DNA of 64,000 bases from the NCBI GenBank assembly GCA_028534125.1, contig CM052817.1, positions 19,656,001 to 19,720,000 on the forward strand. Direction: 5' to 3'. Of this stretch, positions 13,425 through 25,959 are shown piece after piece (positions within the stretch are counted from its first letter, which is position 1; the number at the start of each line of letters is the position of its first letter). The DNA comes from Lama glama (Eukaryota). The position numbers and the translations under genes were made by a program. The notes under the pieces were generated by a model. The model did no database searches. It saw only the letters and a list, made by a program, of their open reading frames with translations, and was not told the origin of the DNA.

Positions 13425-13740
13425 TTGACCTCTCTCATTCTTTCCCAGCCCACTTCCAGTTTATCAGGAATTTCTGTTGATTTCCTCTTCATAATATATC
13501 TAACTTCTGATTGTTTATATTGACCTTAATGGCTGGTCAAAGCCACAATGGGTCCGCCAGTATCTCAACACACTTCTCTAGCTTCTTGCTTCTATTCCTT
13601 GCTTCTACTCTTGAAATCTTACATTTTGTTCTATCAGTTTCTCAGTCTCCCATCCTCAATCCTACTCTATCCTTTGAAGATAAACAGAGGTTTATTGTAT
13701 TTCTTAAATCTTCAATGTCTAGAACAGTGCCTGTCAAGTC
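13425..13740 (+). mobile_element. L2 LINE fragment
   Basis: L2 3' motifs (ttgcttctactcttg; tctagaacagtgcctg). Confidence 0.6.
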
Positions 13741-13742
13741 AC

Positions 13743-14242
13743 NNNNNNNNNNNNNNNNNNNNNNNNNNNNNNNNNNNNNNNNNNNNNNNNNNNNNNNNNN
13801 NNNNNNNNNNNNNNNNNNNNNNNNNNNNNNNNNNNNNNNNNNNNNNNNNNNNNNNNNNNNNNNNNNNNNNNNNNNNNNNNNNNNNNNNNNNNNNNNNNNN
13901 NNNNNNNNNNNNNNNNNNNNNNNNNNNNNNNNNNNNNNNNNNNNNNNNNNNNNNNNNNNNNNNNNNNNNNNNNNNNNNNNNNNNNNNNNNNNNNNNNNNN
14001 NNNNNNNNNNNNNNNNNNNNNNNNNNNNNNNNNNNNNNNNNNNNNNNNNNNNNNNNNNNNNNNNNNNNNNNNNNNNNNNNNNNNNNNNNNNNNNNNNNNN
14101 NNNNNNNNNNNNNNNNNNNNNNNNNNNNNNNNNNNNNNNNNNNNNNNNNNNNNNNNNNNNNNNNNNNNNNNNNNNNNNNNNNNNNNNNNNNNNNNNNNNN
14201 NNNNNNNNNNNNNNNNNNNNNNNNNNNNNNNNNNNNNNNNNN
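13743..14242. other. Assembly gap (500 N)
   Basis: Run of N. Confidence 1.
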
Positions 14243-16216
14243 AAAAAAATTAATCTTAGTGATTAACCACTTTTAACTAAGAGAAATAAAACAATTTTAT
14301 TTGCGATTTTAATAATTTATTTGGACAGTTTTAAAATAAGTGTTGCTCAGATTTATCAGTGAGGAGTGCAGCAATCTAAAACCAAAAGGCATGAATCTTT
14401 TATTCTTGCTTGTTTATTTCCATTTGTTTTCATAATGGTGAATGGATTCAGTATTGCCAGTTTGCAATGGTCTTAATACTTCAGGTTTTATTTATATCCA
14501 GATGTTAAAGTTGACAAAAATAGAGCATATAGATTGCATTATTTCCTGAAATCACAATTAACAAACAGAAGAGGCAGGGCTCCAAATAGAGGCTGCAATC
14601 ACTGTAATTCCTAATGCCATATTTTTAATTATTTCTGTTAAATTCACCTACCAATATGTTCAAAAATATTCCTAAGTGCTTATTACATGGCAGTCACTAT
14701 TCCTGGTGTTATTGATGCCAAGATAAATATCATACAGAGCTCACCCTTCTGGAACTTATATTCTCTTCAATGGCTGTGACTGATACTTTTTATATAAAAC
14801 CATGACCCCCAGGCATTCCAGGTCAATGTCTACAATCTCATTCTATCTTTGCATACACAAAGTGGAATATTTAATTAACTAAAAATATATGTAACCTGGA
14901 CTATAGTCATTCGCTAAATTGGGTAGTCAAACATCAATTTCAGTCTGCACAATTAGCAGACAGATATTTGGTTGAATGTTTCCATTTATAACATTATATG
15001 TTGCATGGGTCAAAGCACTAACTGGCTAAATATACTTACATTTATGCTCATTTATTTCCCTTTATTTCAAGTGATAAAAATGCATCTCAGACTAGTATGG
15101 GGGTAGGCACAGAGTAAGCGTGCATAAACAGGAAAGGTACCTGGGCTAGCTGAGAAGACTGTAACCTGGAACAAATTTCCATAGTCTCTCCCTCAAAGCA
15201 CCTTGTCTCTACAGTCAGCATTAGGCTCAAAGCCTCATGGGATGGTTACTAGAGAGAAAATGACGTTTTACTCCACTCTAGATTGCAAACCCTGGAGTAT
15301 CTGAAAATACTCCAGTAATACTGACTAGTCTACTGATCAATGATCAATTCTTAGATCAACAGTATGACCAGATATTTGGTACATTTCATACTGCTGGTCC
15401 AGCTTGGCTTTATGTATTCTCCTGTCAAGAAATGGAAGTGATTGGATGAGTTCTCTCTTTGGTAGCCACCATTACAACATCACCTCATTGATGTTGTGGG
15501 TTGGTGGGTAGGTGGGTAAGTGGGGGTGGGGGGATGGGGTGACTGGAGAACTTCTCTAGTGTATAAAAATATTTGACATATAGAAGATCATCAATAATTC
15601 TCAAACACTTTTTTTAAATGACAACATTCAGCATTTTGAAGAAACATACAAATGAGGAAATTTCTTTTTAATATACAGAAATGAAGTCTTCTTTGAAAAA
15701 TAATGTGTTTGCTTCTCTTGGTTGCATTTTGATGATGCAAATCCTAGTCAGAAAACTAAACAAAGAGCCTTTGCCCAGAGTTTTGTGATCAAACTATACA
15801 CTTAATCTAGGACCTTCAGAATGACAGTGAATTAATGTGGAGGTCTCCCAGGACTCAGTTTATACTCCATATTCCTTTGGAAGAAACAACTATGCCACAG
15901 TCAAGTTCAATCAAAATTTTGTTAAAATCAACATGGTCCATAAATCCAAGGTCAGTTTTATCTATGTTTGTAAAAATTCTTTCAAGGGATTGGTTTAGTG
16001 CTAATGTCATCACAGGTGAAAGGTTAAATCATAATCCCCTGCCAATGGAGCTAACTTCTCTTGGTTCCTTCCTTTTTCTGACTGTGGTTAAACACAGTTA
16101 TTTGGCATTTATAAATGAATCAATAATTCCCCTTATTCAGCTCTTCTCCTTTCCTTATCCCTTTCAGAATAATTCCTCTTTCCTTTTCCCTTTCAAATAT
16201 TATCTCTTTCTCCTTT

Positions 16217-16475
16217 TAGGGAAAGGTGGAGATGTAAAGGGATAAATTGAGAGTATTAATCACTATGTATAAAGTAGATAAATAGCAAGGTCCTACTGTG
16301 TAGCACAGGCAACTATATTCAACATCCTGTAATAGTCTATAGTGAATAAGAATATGAAAAAGAAAATATACACATATATATAACTGAATCATTATGCTGT
16401 ACACCAGAAATTGACACAACATTGTGAACGGACTATACTTCAATAAAAAAAAGGGGAAAAAAAGAAAAACAGAAA
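16217..16475 (+). mobile_element. 5'-truncated young L1 3' end with polyA
   Basis: aaggtcctactgtgtagcacagg...taactgaatcattatgctgtacaccagaaattgacacaacattgt...caataaaaaa; same family as 9650-9970. Confidence 0.9.
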
Positions 16476-16634
16476 ACAAATATTCATCTCAAAGCAAGAC
16501 AGTATTATAGAATATGAAGAGTTACTTGAAAATAATATACAGTTTAATGTTAAAATTCTATGGAAATAACATTAATGGCAAATGCTTTTTATGAAATGGA
16601 TAACTGGAGGTGATAAGAAGTTCTTGTAGAAATC

Positions 16635-17317
16635 TTGGCAAGGATGTGGAGAAAAGGGAAACCTTGTCCTCTGTAGGTGGAAATGTAAATTGGTGCAGGC
16701 ACTGTGGAAAACAGTATGGAGATTCCTCAGAAAACTAAAAATAGAACTACCATATAACCCAGCAATTCTCCTCTTGGGTATGTATCTGAAAAACCAAACC
16801 TCTAATTCTAAAAGATACAATCACCACAATGTTCATAGCAGCACTATTAAGACATGGAAGCAACTTAAGTATCCATTGACAGATGAATAGATAAAAAAGA
16901 TGTAGTATATATACTCAATGGAATACTTCTCAGCCATAAAAAAGGATGAGATTTTGCTATTTGCAGCAGCATGGATGGACTTGGAGGACATTACTCTAAG
17001 TGAAATAAGTCAGACAGAGAAAGATAAGAAATATAAATTTCCTGAATGATATCACTTATATGTAGAATATAAAAAAATACAAAAACTAGTGAATATAAGA
17101 TAAAAGAAGCAGACTCAAAGATATAGAGAACAAACTAATGGTTACCACTTGAGGGGGCAACATAGGGGTGGGGGAATGAGGGGTACAAACTATTGGGTGT
17201 AAGATAGACTCAAGAATGTATTGTATTACGTGGAGAATACAGCCAACACTTCGTAATAACTGTAAGTGGAAAGTAACCTTTAAAATTGTATAAAATTTTT
17301 TGAAAAATTTAAAAAAG
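16635..17317 (+). mobile_element. L1 ORF2 C-terminus plus 3' UTR (artiodactyl-type)
   Basis: ORF 16690 [26 protein letters not shown] is L1 ORF2; followed by 3' UTR and an A-rich tail. Confidence 0.95.
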
Positions 17318-17929
17318 GAGATTGTACAGACTATCATATTCGATTTTTTTTCCCCAAAGTCTCACTGGGGCACCTACTCAGATAGCCTCTTTCAATCTCG
17401 AAAATGTTAGCTTTCATGAACAGTTTGCCTCATTGTCCTTGTTTTAAAGTCATTTTTCTCTTGTGCTGCACCTCCTTTAATTTTTTAAAAAATATGATAA
17501 TGAAATGAATGAATTTCCTAAAGACCTACAAAATCTGGCACTTAAAAGAAGTCAGTATAGAGACATTTTGAACTATAAAACTATCATAACAGCTCACATT
17601 TGTATAGCACTTTACAATTTAAAAAGACCTTTAGTGTATTTTGTGTAATTTGATTCTCAAGTTAAAGCTGAGAAATGAATAAAGAATCTCCTAACCGTCT
17701 CAATTTTAAAGATAAAGATTTGAGGCACATCTCAGTGACTTCTTAAACTCCAGTCCATATTAATTGTACAGGATATTTGTTTGACCAAATTTTCTTCCAA
17801 ATCCCTCTTTCATTCATATTGCCACACTGCCTTAGGTGTAATACTTCTTAACTTTATGATTAAAATGAAATCATTTGATGCATTCTTCATATGTGAAATG
17901 AGCCCTTTATGAAAACACTGTTTAATAAT

Positions 17930-18130
17930 AGTAACTTTTGCTATTTATTAAATTTTTGGCAAGCACTTTTAAGTGCTTTATTAACATTATCTCATTTGAT
18001 ACATAAAACACAGGGTTATTTTTTTCAGTGAGAAAACTGCATTTTGGAGAAACTAAGTATATTAGCCCAAGTCATATAAGTAGCAAACAGAGCTGGAATT
18101 TGAACATGGTCAAATCGTCTGCGTGTTTCC
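17930..18130 (-). mobile_element. MIR SINE
   Basis: atttattaaatttttggcaagcact...attatctcatttgat...agagctggaatttgaac. Confidence 0.7.
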
Positions 18131-21100
18131 AGTTAGATATATCAACAACTGAAATAAACTGGTCATACTATTTAATTTCATAAAGATCAACATTATAAAT
18201 TTCCTGAATACAATATTATTTGTATATCAGATGCTACTCACAAATGAGGCATGGCCACCTCTCTCACATCTGATAATTGTTCGTTTTTTTCTCTAGGAAA
18301 ATTTACAGACTAGAAAGAGCATTTTACCTAATAAATATTTTAAAACATTAACAAAAAAATGACAGTTAACTAGAGAGATAACCACTAATCTAGAAAGAAT
18401 ATTAAAAGAAATCTAAGATATATTTGTAGGAGGGAGACTCAAAAATGTTGGCGGCCAAATATTTTGACACCAGCAAGTGAAGCTGAGCCCCGAACTTCAG
18501 GGCACAGAAGGGAGCACCCAACGCACTTAACACTTCCGTAGTGACATACGAACTAAAGCTGAAATCTGCCTCCTGTAACCCATCTTTTCACTTTTTTTTC
18601 TAGAACTCTCACAAAAATAATCAGTTCCATTCATCTATCAATCAGATACCTCCCTGCCTCCCATCTGGACTGTAAACAGCCGAGCCTCATTATCCTTGAT
18701 AGAACACTTGGACTGTTAGGTCATACCCCTCCCTCACTGATGGTGCTGAATCTTCTTATTTGATTGTGTTTTATTCCACTTTTTCTAAACTGTAGTCATG
18801 CATCCATTACATTGAGCCCCAGATCATCTTATCACTTTGTTGTATCTCTCCAGGATTTCCCAGGTTGCCTCCTGAACATACACATCTATACACATTCCTT
18901 TTAATCACTGTTTCCTTGACAGTTTTTTCTGCATCGTCCTGTCTCACTAACAACTATAACCAGAAAAATTGTTAGTGAATGACTATCCCTTACATGCTTG
19001 ACAGAAATACAATCCACTGGTACGGTTCTAAATAATGTTTTAATTGCTACATAATATTCAAAATGCATGTAACACAGTCAACTATTCCTTAATGCTGAGC
19101 ATTTGTTTTGTTTCTAACATTCTGCTAATCTAAAAATAAAAGTCAATTTTTATGTGTGTGTCTATATATGAATATTTTCTGTTTATACATGACTATTTTC
19201 TGTTTATACATATCTCTAACTCTATCTATACACACACACGTGTGTGTGTATAATCGTGGGTGCCATTTTAAAAAAAATTGTTGACTTGCTGTATCACTAT
19301 ATTTCTATATCGTAGAAGGTGTAATTGTGAAGCAGCCACATAATTCTAATAACAGTTTTCCTCACAATCTTTTTCGCCACATCTCTGTCCACTAACAGGG
19401 TGTGTGGACTGTTTATAATAGTCTAACCTTGTATTTTGACTTTTACAGGGCAAGTTCTTCAATAAATTATTGACCATTTGTTTGACTTTAAAGCTCTGCA
19501 TTAGCTGAGCTATGAAAGTAACATGCACAGAAAGGATCCTTATAATAACAGAGAATTTTAGGTTGCAAATAACTTCCTTCTGCATTATTCATTTGGCTTG
19601 CACCAGAAACCTGTACTGTAAGGAAAGCAAGGCAATGACGTCCACCTTACAGTAGAGGACACTGAGCAGTGAAGAAATCAGTTCCTTGCATAAGGGCAGA
19701 GGAGTTGGGATGAGGAACCAAACCTTTTTTGTACCTTGCAGCTGCATATTCTAGAAACACAAAGGGAACAGCTTTACCAATTGCCAAAAATAGGTAACAG
19801 CCCATATAAAATTTATTTTATTTTATTCACTGTGGGTTAGGTGTTTTTTCAGTCTGTAAAACATATGATTAGAAATTTATCTTTCTAGTTACTCACAGAA
19901 TATTAAATCTAACAGGGACATAAGAGATCTAGTCTTCCCCTTAAATTCTACATATGATAGCAAAGGGGCAAGAGAATTTTGATTCTCTCTGTTTTTTGTT
20001 AGCTAGTCAGTAGCCCACTAGCATTAAAAGACTGGTCTCCTGACTCCAAGCCCAGTGTTTTTAATCCTATTCCCCCATTGAGTTTACTCCTTTAAAAACT
20101 AAGTTGCTTTCCATTCAGACAGGACAAAACAATTAACCTCATCAGAAAGAGAGTTGCTTTTATGCCTAAAGCATACTGATGGATTTTGATTGGTAACCTA
20201 AGGCAAAATGGACCACAATTCTATTACTAATCTAATGAACTATCCATTACTACACTAGACAACTTTTATCATCTTTTAATGCAGATGAGTCACTGTTCAA
20301 TACTGCTGCTAAGTGTATGTCTCATAGCATTAACCAGCTGACTGGACCCTTACATAAAAATGAATATTTCATTTTGATAATACAAAAACATCAACAATTT
20401 CTTGGGATGTTTGCTGCCCCTCCAAATGAAAAAAAGTGTCATTATCCCATAAGCTATAGTTTTGATTTGCAATTTCTCTTCTTTAGGCAAATTTACGAAA
20501 AAGACTTATCTATATCTGCATTACTTCTCTAAAAGGCATAGTTAAAATTATCAACCTCTTTAACAACTTAATGACTTTTAATATTTTCAAGTTGGAGATG
20601 TTTCTCACCTAAAGAATTCATTTATCTAAAAGTATAGCCAGAAGTAAGTATTCCAAACTAATACACCACTGGTGTACAGGCATGTGCCATGGGTTCTGCC
20701 TGTCATATAATCATATGGGAAGAATCAGTCTTTCCAGAACCTTCCTGGCAAAGGGAACAGAAAGAGTAGCTTTTAGAAGCAACAGTGGCCAAGGCCTAGT
20801 GGTAACATTTGTGTATGTGATTCTAGGTGTCTACATGAGGCAGTAGCATCTCACCGGGCCCCAAAGGAACCATCTAATGGTATGATTTGGCTATTATTCC
20901 TGGCTACATAACCCCAAAGCCTATTTCTTTTGTCTTTTGGGAGATTCTGTGAGCTAGCTAACATTCTTTATCATATTAACTGTCTCAAAAAGCTAGCTGT
21001 AAGGGATTTCTATTTTTTTGCAACTAAGACCTCCAGCTGACATAAAGAGTAACAAATCAAGGCACTGTGTCCCTCAGAGCTGTCATCACCTATCTAGATT

Positions 21101-21586
21101 GTCAAGCAATTTCATTAATTTCATAAACTACAATGTTTTTTGGCTATGTTCTGTGTTTTATGTGAAAAAGGCAGTGGGAATTTTAAAAGGCCCTAACTCT
21201 GAAGTTGTTAACAGTCTAGAAAAATAGACAAATACATATTTAATTACTGTATAGCATGATATGTTCTATGATAATGCAAATATCAGGGTATTCTAGAAGC
21301 AGAGAAGATCCCAAAATTTAGTCTGGATTTTGGGAAAATGTGTAGTATTTACCCAAGTGCAAAATACTTAGAAAAAGCATCTTATGAGGACAAAAGAGTA
21401 TAAGGAAACTCATAGATTGAAAGTGAATGATGTATTGACAATGTTGTGTGTAGTTATGTAATATAGAAGTCATAGGGTATAATTAAAATAGCAGAGAGTG
21501 AAGGAGAGCAGTAGAAGGCAGTTTGAGACCAGATAATGAAGATGATGAAGGCCCTTAAAAATATTCTAATGAATTTGAATATATTC

Positions 21587-22088
21587 TATGGTAGGCTGAA
21601 TAATGGCCCCTCCCAAGATGCCTACATCCTCATCCCTAGAATCTGTGAATGTATTACCTAACATGGTCAAAATAATTTTACAGATGTGATTAAATTAAAG
21701 ATCTTGAGATGGGGAGATTATCCCATATTAACTAGGGTATGTAATATTAATATATTCCCCTATATTATGAATTATATTAACTGTAATCATGGAGTCCCTT
21801 GAAAAGGAATGCAGGAGAATTCGTGTCAGTAGCAAGAAATAGGACAACAGTAGCAAGAGGTCAGAGGGATACTCCCAATGGTCCAAGAGTCAAAGAACAA
21901 GCGAGCCTCTAGAATCTGAGAAAGACAAGGAAATTGACTTTCCCCTGATGTCTCTGAAAAGAACATAGCCCTGTTACCACCTTGATTTTAGATTTCTGAC
22001 CTCCAGAACCATAAAAGAATAAATGTGGGTTGTTTTAAGCTGCTAAATTTGTGAAATTTTGTTACAGTAGCCATGGGAAATTAACACA
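21587..22088 (+). mobile_element. MaLR solo LTR (MLT1D-like) inserted in an L2 relic
   Basis: Starts t(a)tggtaggctgaataatggcccc; ends ttgttacagtagccatgggaaattaacaca; eroded 5-bp TSD tattc/tatac. Confidence 0.9.
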
Positions 22089-22402
22089 TATACCTTAGAA
22101 GGAAAGGGAACATTATTAACATTTGTAATTCAAGTGAGAAATATGCTAGATTCTCATTTTATAAAGCAGAGTTGAGTGAAGCATAAAGGCTTAATTAGAG
22201 GGACATTCAGAGTTAGGAAATATAGGTGGTCTTTGCAATAATTAGATTAAATTCTCTGGAAATGAGAAAAGAAAAGAAGGGACTATCATGAAAGATGTCA
22301 TAATGGTAGAATGTGTTCATATCAGAAATATAACATGCTAAACAATAGAAAGATCTCCAAGTCATAAAATACGTCATGTAAAAGTAAAATAAACACAACA
22401 TA

Positions 22403-22550
22403 GGCAGTGCTGTGCTAAGAAATTTGCATGCATTGCTATATTTGTTTCTTATGTGAGCTCCATGAGCTGGATATTATTATCACTATCCCATTTTAAAAAA
22501 GAAAATTGCAAATTAGCCCAACCGAGTAACTTGTCACAAGTCATAGAGCA
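22403..22550 (-). mobile_element. MIR SINE, truncated where the parvoviral element begins
   Basis: tattattatcactatcccatttta...gagtaacttgtcacaagtcatagagc is the MIR core in antisense. Confidence 0.75.
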
Positions 22551-23280
22551 ACTGTACTGCCATGTTAATAGATCGCTGCTGATAGGAATGAAGACAGCAT
22601 GGCTGGGACAATGGTGCTGCTGAGGACATAAACCAGTCTTGTTTACTTCAGGAAAGAAATGGAATATCCAAATGCTCCAAGGATATGGCTTTGCATAATG
22701 CCTCCCTGACTAATACAGCACTTAGGAATATATAACTTCCGGAAAATTACATCTCCAGAAACAGAATCCCATAGGACCGCCAAGCAATTGTGAAGGCAGT
22801 ATTCATCCGTTATGCCTGGAGGAGATGTACAGAAAGTGTCTAGGGAGTGATGTACCAAAAAGTTTCCCCAGGTTCTGTGTGTTACATACTTGCTAATCCA
22901 TGCTATATAGCTGTCTTCAACTGCAGACTCACTGGGCAAGGGGCCATAAACCACACCGTGTATCATTTTCCATTCAACATATATATTTTCTGGAGATGAA
23001 CCAGAGAACAATCAAGAAGTAAGGAAATCTATAACATTCATCCTTTGGAAGTACAAGATGCATCAATGTTAAAGATTTAATAGAACAGTGGATACTTGGT
23101 GTTTTAACTTTTGGAGAAGCGCATAGCAAATAGCTAACCATTGGCATCAAGGAAACTGTGAGATAAAGGCTAGTTAAGAACACAGTGCTCATCTGCTTTG
23201 TTTAATTTGATTGGATAGAAATTTGTCTAGAAATCTGTAGTTTCACTGCATAAGAAGACTAAAAACAAATTAGACTGTTA
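22551..23280 (+). pseudogene. Endogenous parvoviral element: degraded Rep/NS1 SF3 helicase region (Parvovirinae, dependoparvovirus-like)
   Basis: Manual translation across frameshifts gives collinear motifs versus recalled AAV2 Rep: QW..ED (22609-22627; QWIQED); ALHNA-SLTNTA (22688-22720; ALDNAGKIMSLTKTA); ISRNRI (22751-22768; ISSNRI); *CTKKF (22848-22865; WATKKF); GAINHTVYHFPFN (22940-22978; GCVNWTNENFPFN); IFW/DE...V..S...IL/GSTRCINVK (22985-23073; IWWEE...V..S...ILGGSKVRVDQK). Confidence 0.88.
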
Positions 23281-23752
23281 AATAATAAAAAAAATTTGAG
23301 AGCATTTTGAAAATCATACAGATGTTCTTAGTAAGTTTACTGTTAAAAGTGAAGAATGACTGTATTTTAAATATATTACTTTCAAACGTCATGGAGAAAA
23401 CCATCTTATAAATGTGTGACCTTAGGGGAATACTTATGAATAAATGTACGGAATATTTGATCTAAAAAATTTTCTTTCTGACCAACAAATCAATTCTAAA
23501 GACAGTTAAACTTGGGCCAAGGAGCCTGAGTGATCACTTTATGTTTCACGGAACGATTGTTTGTAACAAAACCAGGGCATATTCTTTGGTCGGTGTATGG
23601 GCGTAAGTTTGAAAAGGCATGAAATGTTGAAGGAAGATAACGCTCTGGTGAATCACCCAATAAAATCTCTTAAAGTCATGGAAGCATTTTCACTAAATAT
23701 GTGAAAAAGCTATTTGGGAAAAATAATACCGTGACCCAAATGACTTGAACAT

Positions 23753-24260
23753 TGTGGTGGATTAAATTTGGCTGCAAATTCTCCCATTGAGGGATGGAAG
23801 TTTTTTTTTCTATCCCTTTAAAAGTAGGAAAGTGTTACTTTTCACTCTTTGAAAGTGTGATTCCTCTGACCAATAGAGAGCATCATGGACACAATGATTC
23901 AGGTCCAGGCTACTGGCAGTTTCTTTCTTGGTCTCTTGGAGTCATCACATGTGGAGTCTGGGTTCCCTGCTGGAGACACCATGAAAAAAAAAAAATAGGA
24001 AACTGCATGGAGAAAAGAGTTGCCCACCTGAGTCCTATTTTATAGTTGTTTCCTCTAGGCACTAGACCTATAAGTGGATACATCTTAAACATCCCAGGCC
24101 AGACCAGCCACCAGCTGAATGTCACCTAGTGGCCTCGATTACGCCAAACGGAACACAAGAGATACCATCTGATCCCTGCTGACAGTCATGACCTGCAAAA
24201 TTATGAGCTATAATCAAACGATAGTTGTTTTATGTCAGTAAGTTTTGAGGTACTTCTGTG
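23753..24260 (+). mobile_element. MaLR LTR (MLT1G/H-like)
   Basis: Starts tgtggtggattaaatttggctgcaaattc; internal cagccaccagctgaatg; 3' agttgttttatgtcagtaagttttgagg. Confidence 0.8.
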
Positions 24261-24719
24261 CAATTTGCATAAATTCACTCTTCCTCCCTCTCCTCAGCTA
24301 TAAAATCGACACGAATCTTGAAAGTTTGTCATGAGGCTTAATTGAATAAGCGCAGTGTAAAAGTTGAGACTGTCATCTATTGATTTTTACCGTAGGAACT
24401 GGCACTCAGGAATAAAAACTGACTTGGGGGAGCAATTCCTTGTTACTAGTCAGTGTGTGGAGACTCAGTAGTTGGTTGCCCCTCATGCAGAAAAATGACA
24501 CTGCTTAATCTCTGAGGTTGAGTGAGCACTTTAATTTTTCCCCACTTGTAGGAATAGTTGATATTGATTCCTCTGAGTTCAATCATCGGGTCTTATTTTC
24601 TTAAAGAGCAACTGTTTCCAAAGCATTAATCAGTTGCAGGAAATCTCCTCATACATTTTCATGAATGAATACACGACTTTGACTATATACACAGAATACT
24701 TTACATTTATAACTTATAA

Positions 24720-24910
24720 ATACTTTCTAAGCATGTCATTCATTGCTCATCTAATAAATCTTGTGCAGCATATAGTGAAGTGTTATTATCCCCATTTTGC
24801 AGATGAAAATCATAAGAGTCAGGGATGGGAGTGATTTGTGAAGATCACTATTAAATGTATGAGCTGAGACGAGAACAGTTTAAGACCCCTTCCTGCACAT
24901 TTTGCAGTGA
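24720..24910 (-). mobile_element. MIR SINE
   Basis: tattatccccattttgcagatgaaaa core. Confidence 0.8.
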
Positions 24911-25959
24911 CCCTCCTTTGTTCCAGCATAACAATTTGACTTAAATTGTGCTGTACCTTTTCAAATTGTTTTCCTCACATTTTTACATTCAGATAATTTT
25001 TTTCTAGAATATGTATATCAATCAAAAATAGGAATTTCAGGAATACAAGTTACATGTAGAAATCTCTAGCAAATACAGCGTTTGGATGAATGAATTCAAA
25101 AATAAAATTCCAAAAACTGTACCCAGAGTAAAATCCAAGCAAACAGTTGCCAGCCATTTTTGTACAAATGTGGTGCAAATTTCTTTGTTCTGAGAGAATA
25201 AGAAGCAACCCCACTTAAAGTGCCTTAACACTGATGTTTAATGTGCAACAAGTGTCGTTTCCAGGCAACCTCTGAGGAGGTGTTTAAAACACTTCTAGCC
25301 CCAGAATAAGTGTCCCTGCTGTGGCATCACACTCTTGAAAGGTTCCAGTGGAGTCTGTGGCTAGAATTATATATAACACACATAGAAATGTGATTCTCAG
25401 TAATGCGTGAGACTAAGCAAAGAGTCCTTTTTTGAAAATCCTAGTGTAAAATTTAAAATCAAAGTAACTTTCATTTTATCAAGCCTTTTGCAAAGTGGCA
25501 CTGTCTAAATGCAAATTAATGGGCTCATAAAGAAAATGTGAAATAACGGAATGCTTAGAAAGAATATTTATCAGTCGAAAAAGTATCTCTGTAGCACCTG
25601 CAAGTTTTTAATCTTAATTTTAAATTTTGTGGAAGCAGAGAATGAGGCCACATCTGTGAGTACCCGGCCTCCCACCCCCCCCAAAAGTCAACAAATCTGT
25701 TAATCAGATGACTGCATGATGACTGCCAAAACTAGTCGCCATGTCTAAGGATTTCACGTCCGCAGGATATGATACGTAGTATTTAGTCCTCTACAATTTA
25801 TTTACATGTCTCTATACATAATAACCTATTTGAGCTTTAGTTTTCTGTAAAACAGGGTTAAAAATAGAACCCACCTCAAAGGCTAGCAGTAAGCATGAAA
25901 TAAGAGAGCATTATAAATTTGCAGCATACTGTTCAACACAAAGTGAGCTAATCTTTGCA

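Noticed and set aside
13511..14276. Long ORFs in the track here and at 29514, 52539 and 63088
   Set aside because: Artefacts of reading through N gaps.
22643..23011. 122-aa minus-strand ORF as a real gene (fleeting TWG..VH..PG likeness to MSMO1)
   Set aside because: It is the codon-aligned antisense shadow of the parvoviral Rep frame; the MSMO1 likeness does not extend.
22551..23294. Host processed pseudogene (GGPS1- or TIMMDC1-like short motifs) or bornavirus element
   Set aside because: Those matches were isolated with wrong spacing, whereas the parvoviral Rep motifs are many and collinear.
23505..23600. Possible parvoviral VP1 PLA2 remnant (KLGPRSL...RAYS)
   Set aside because: Only LGP and AY match; no YLGP or HD motif and the spacing is off. 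Not supportable without a search.
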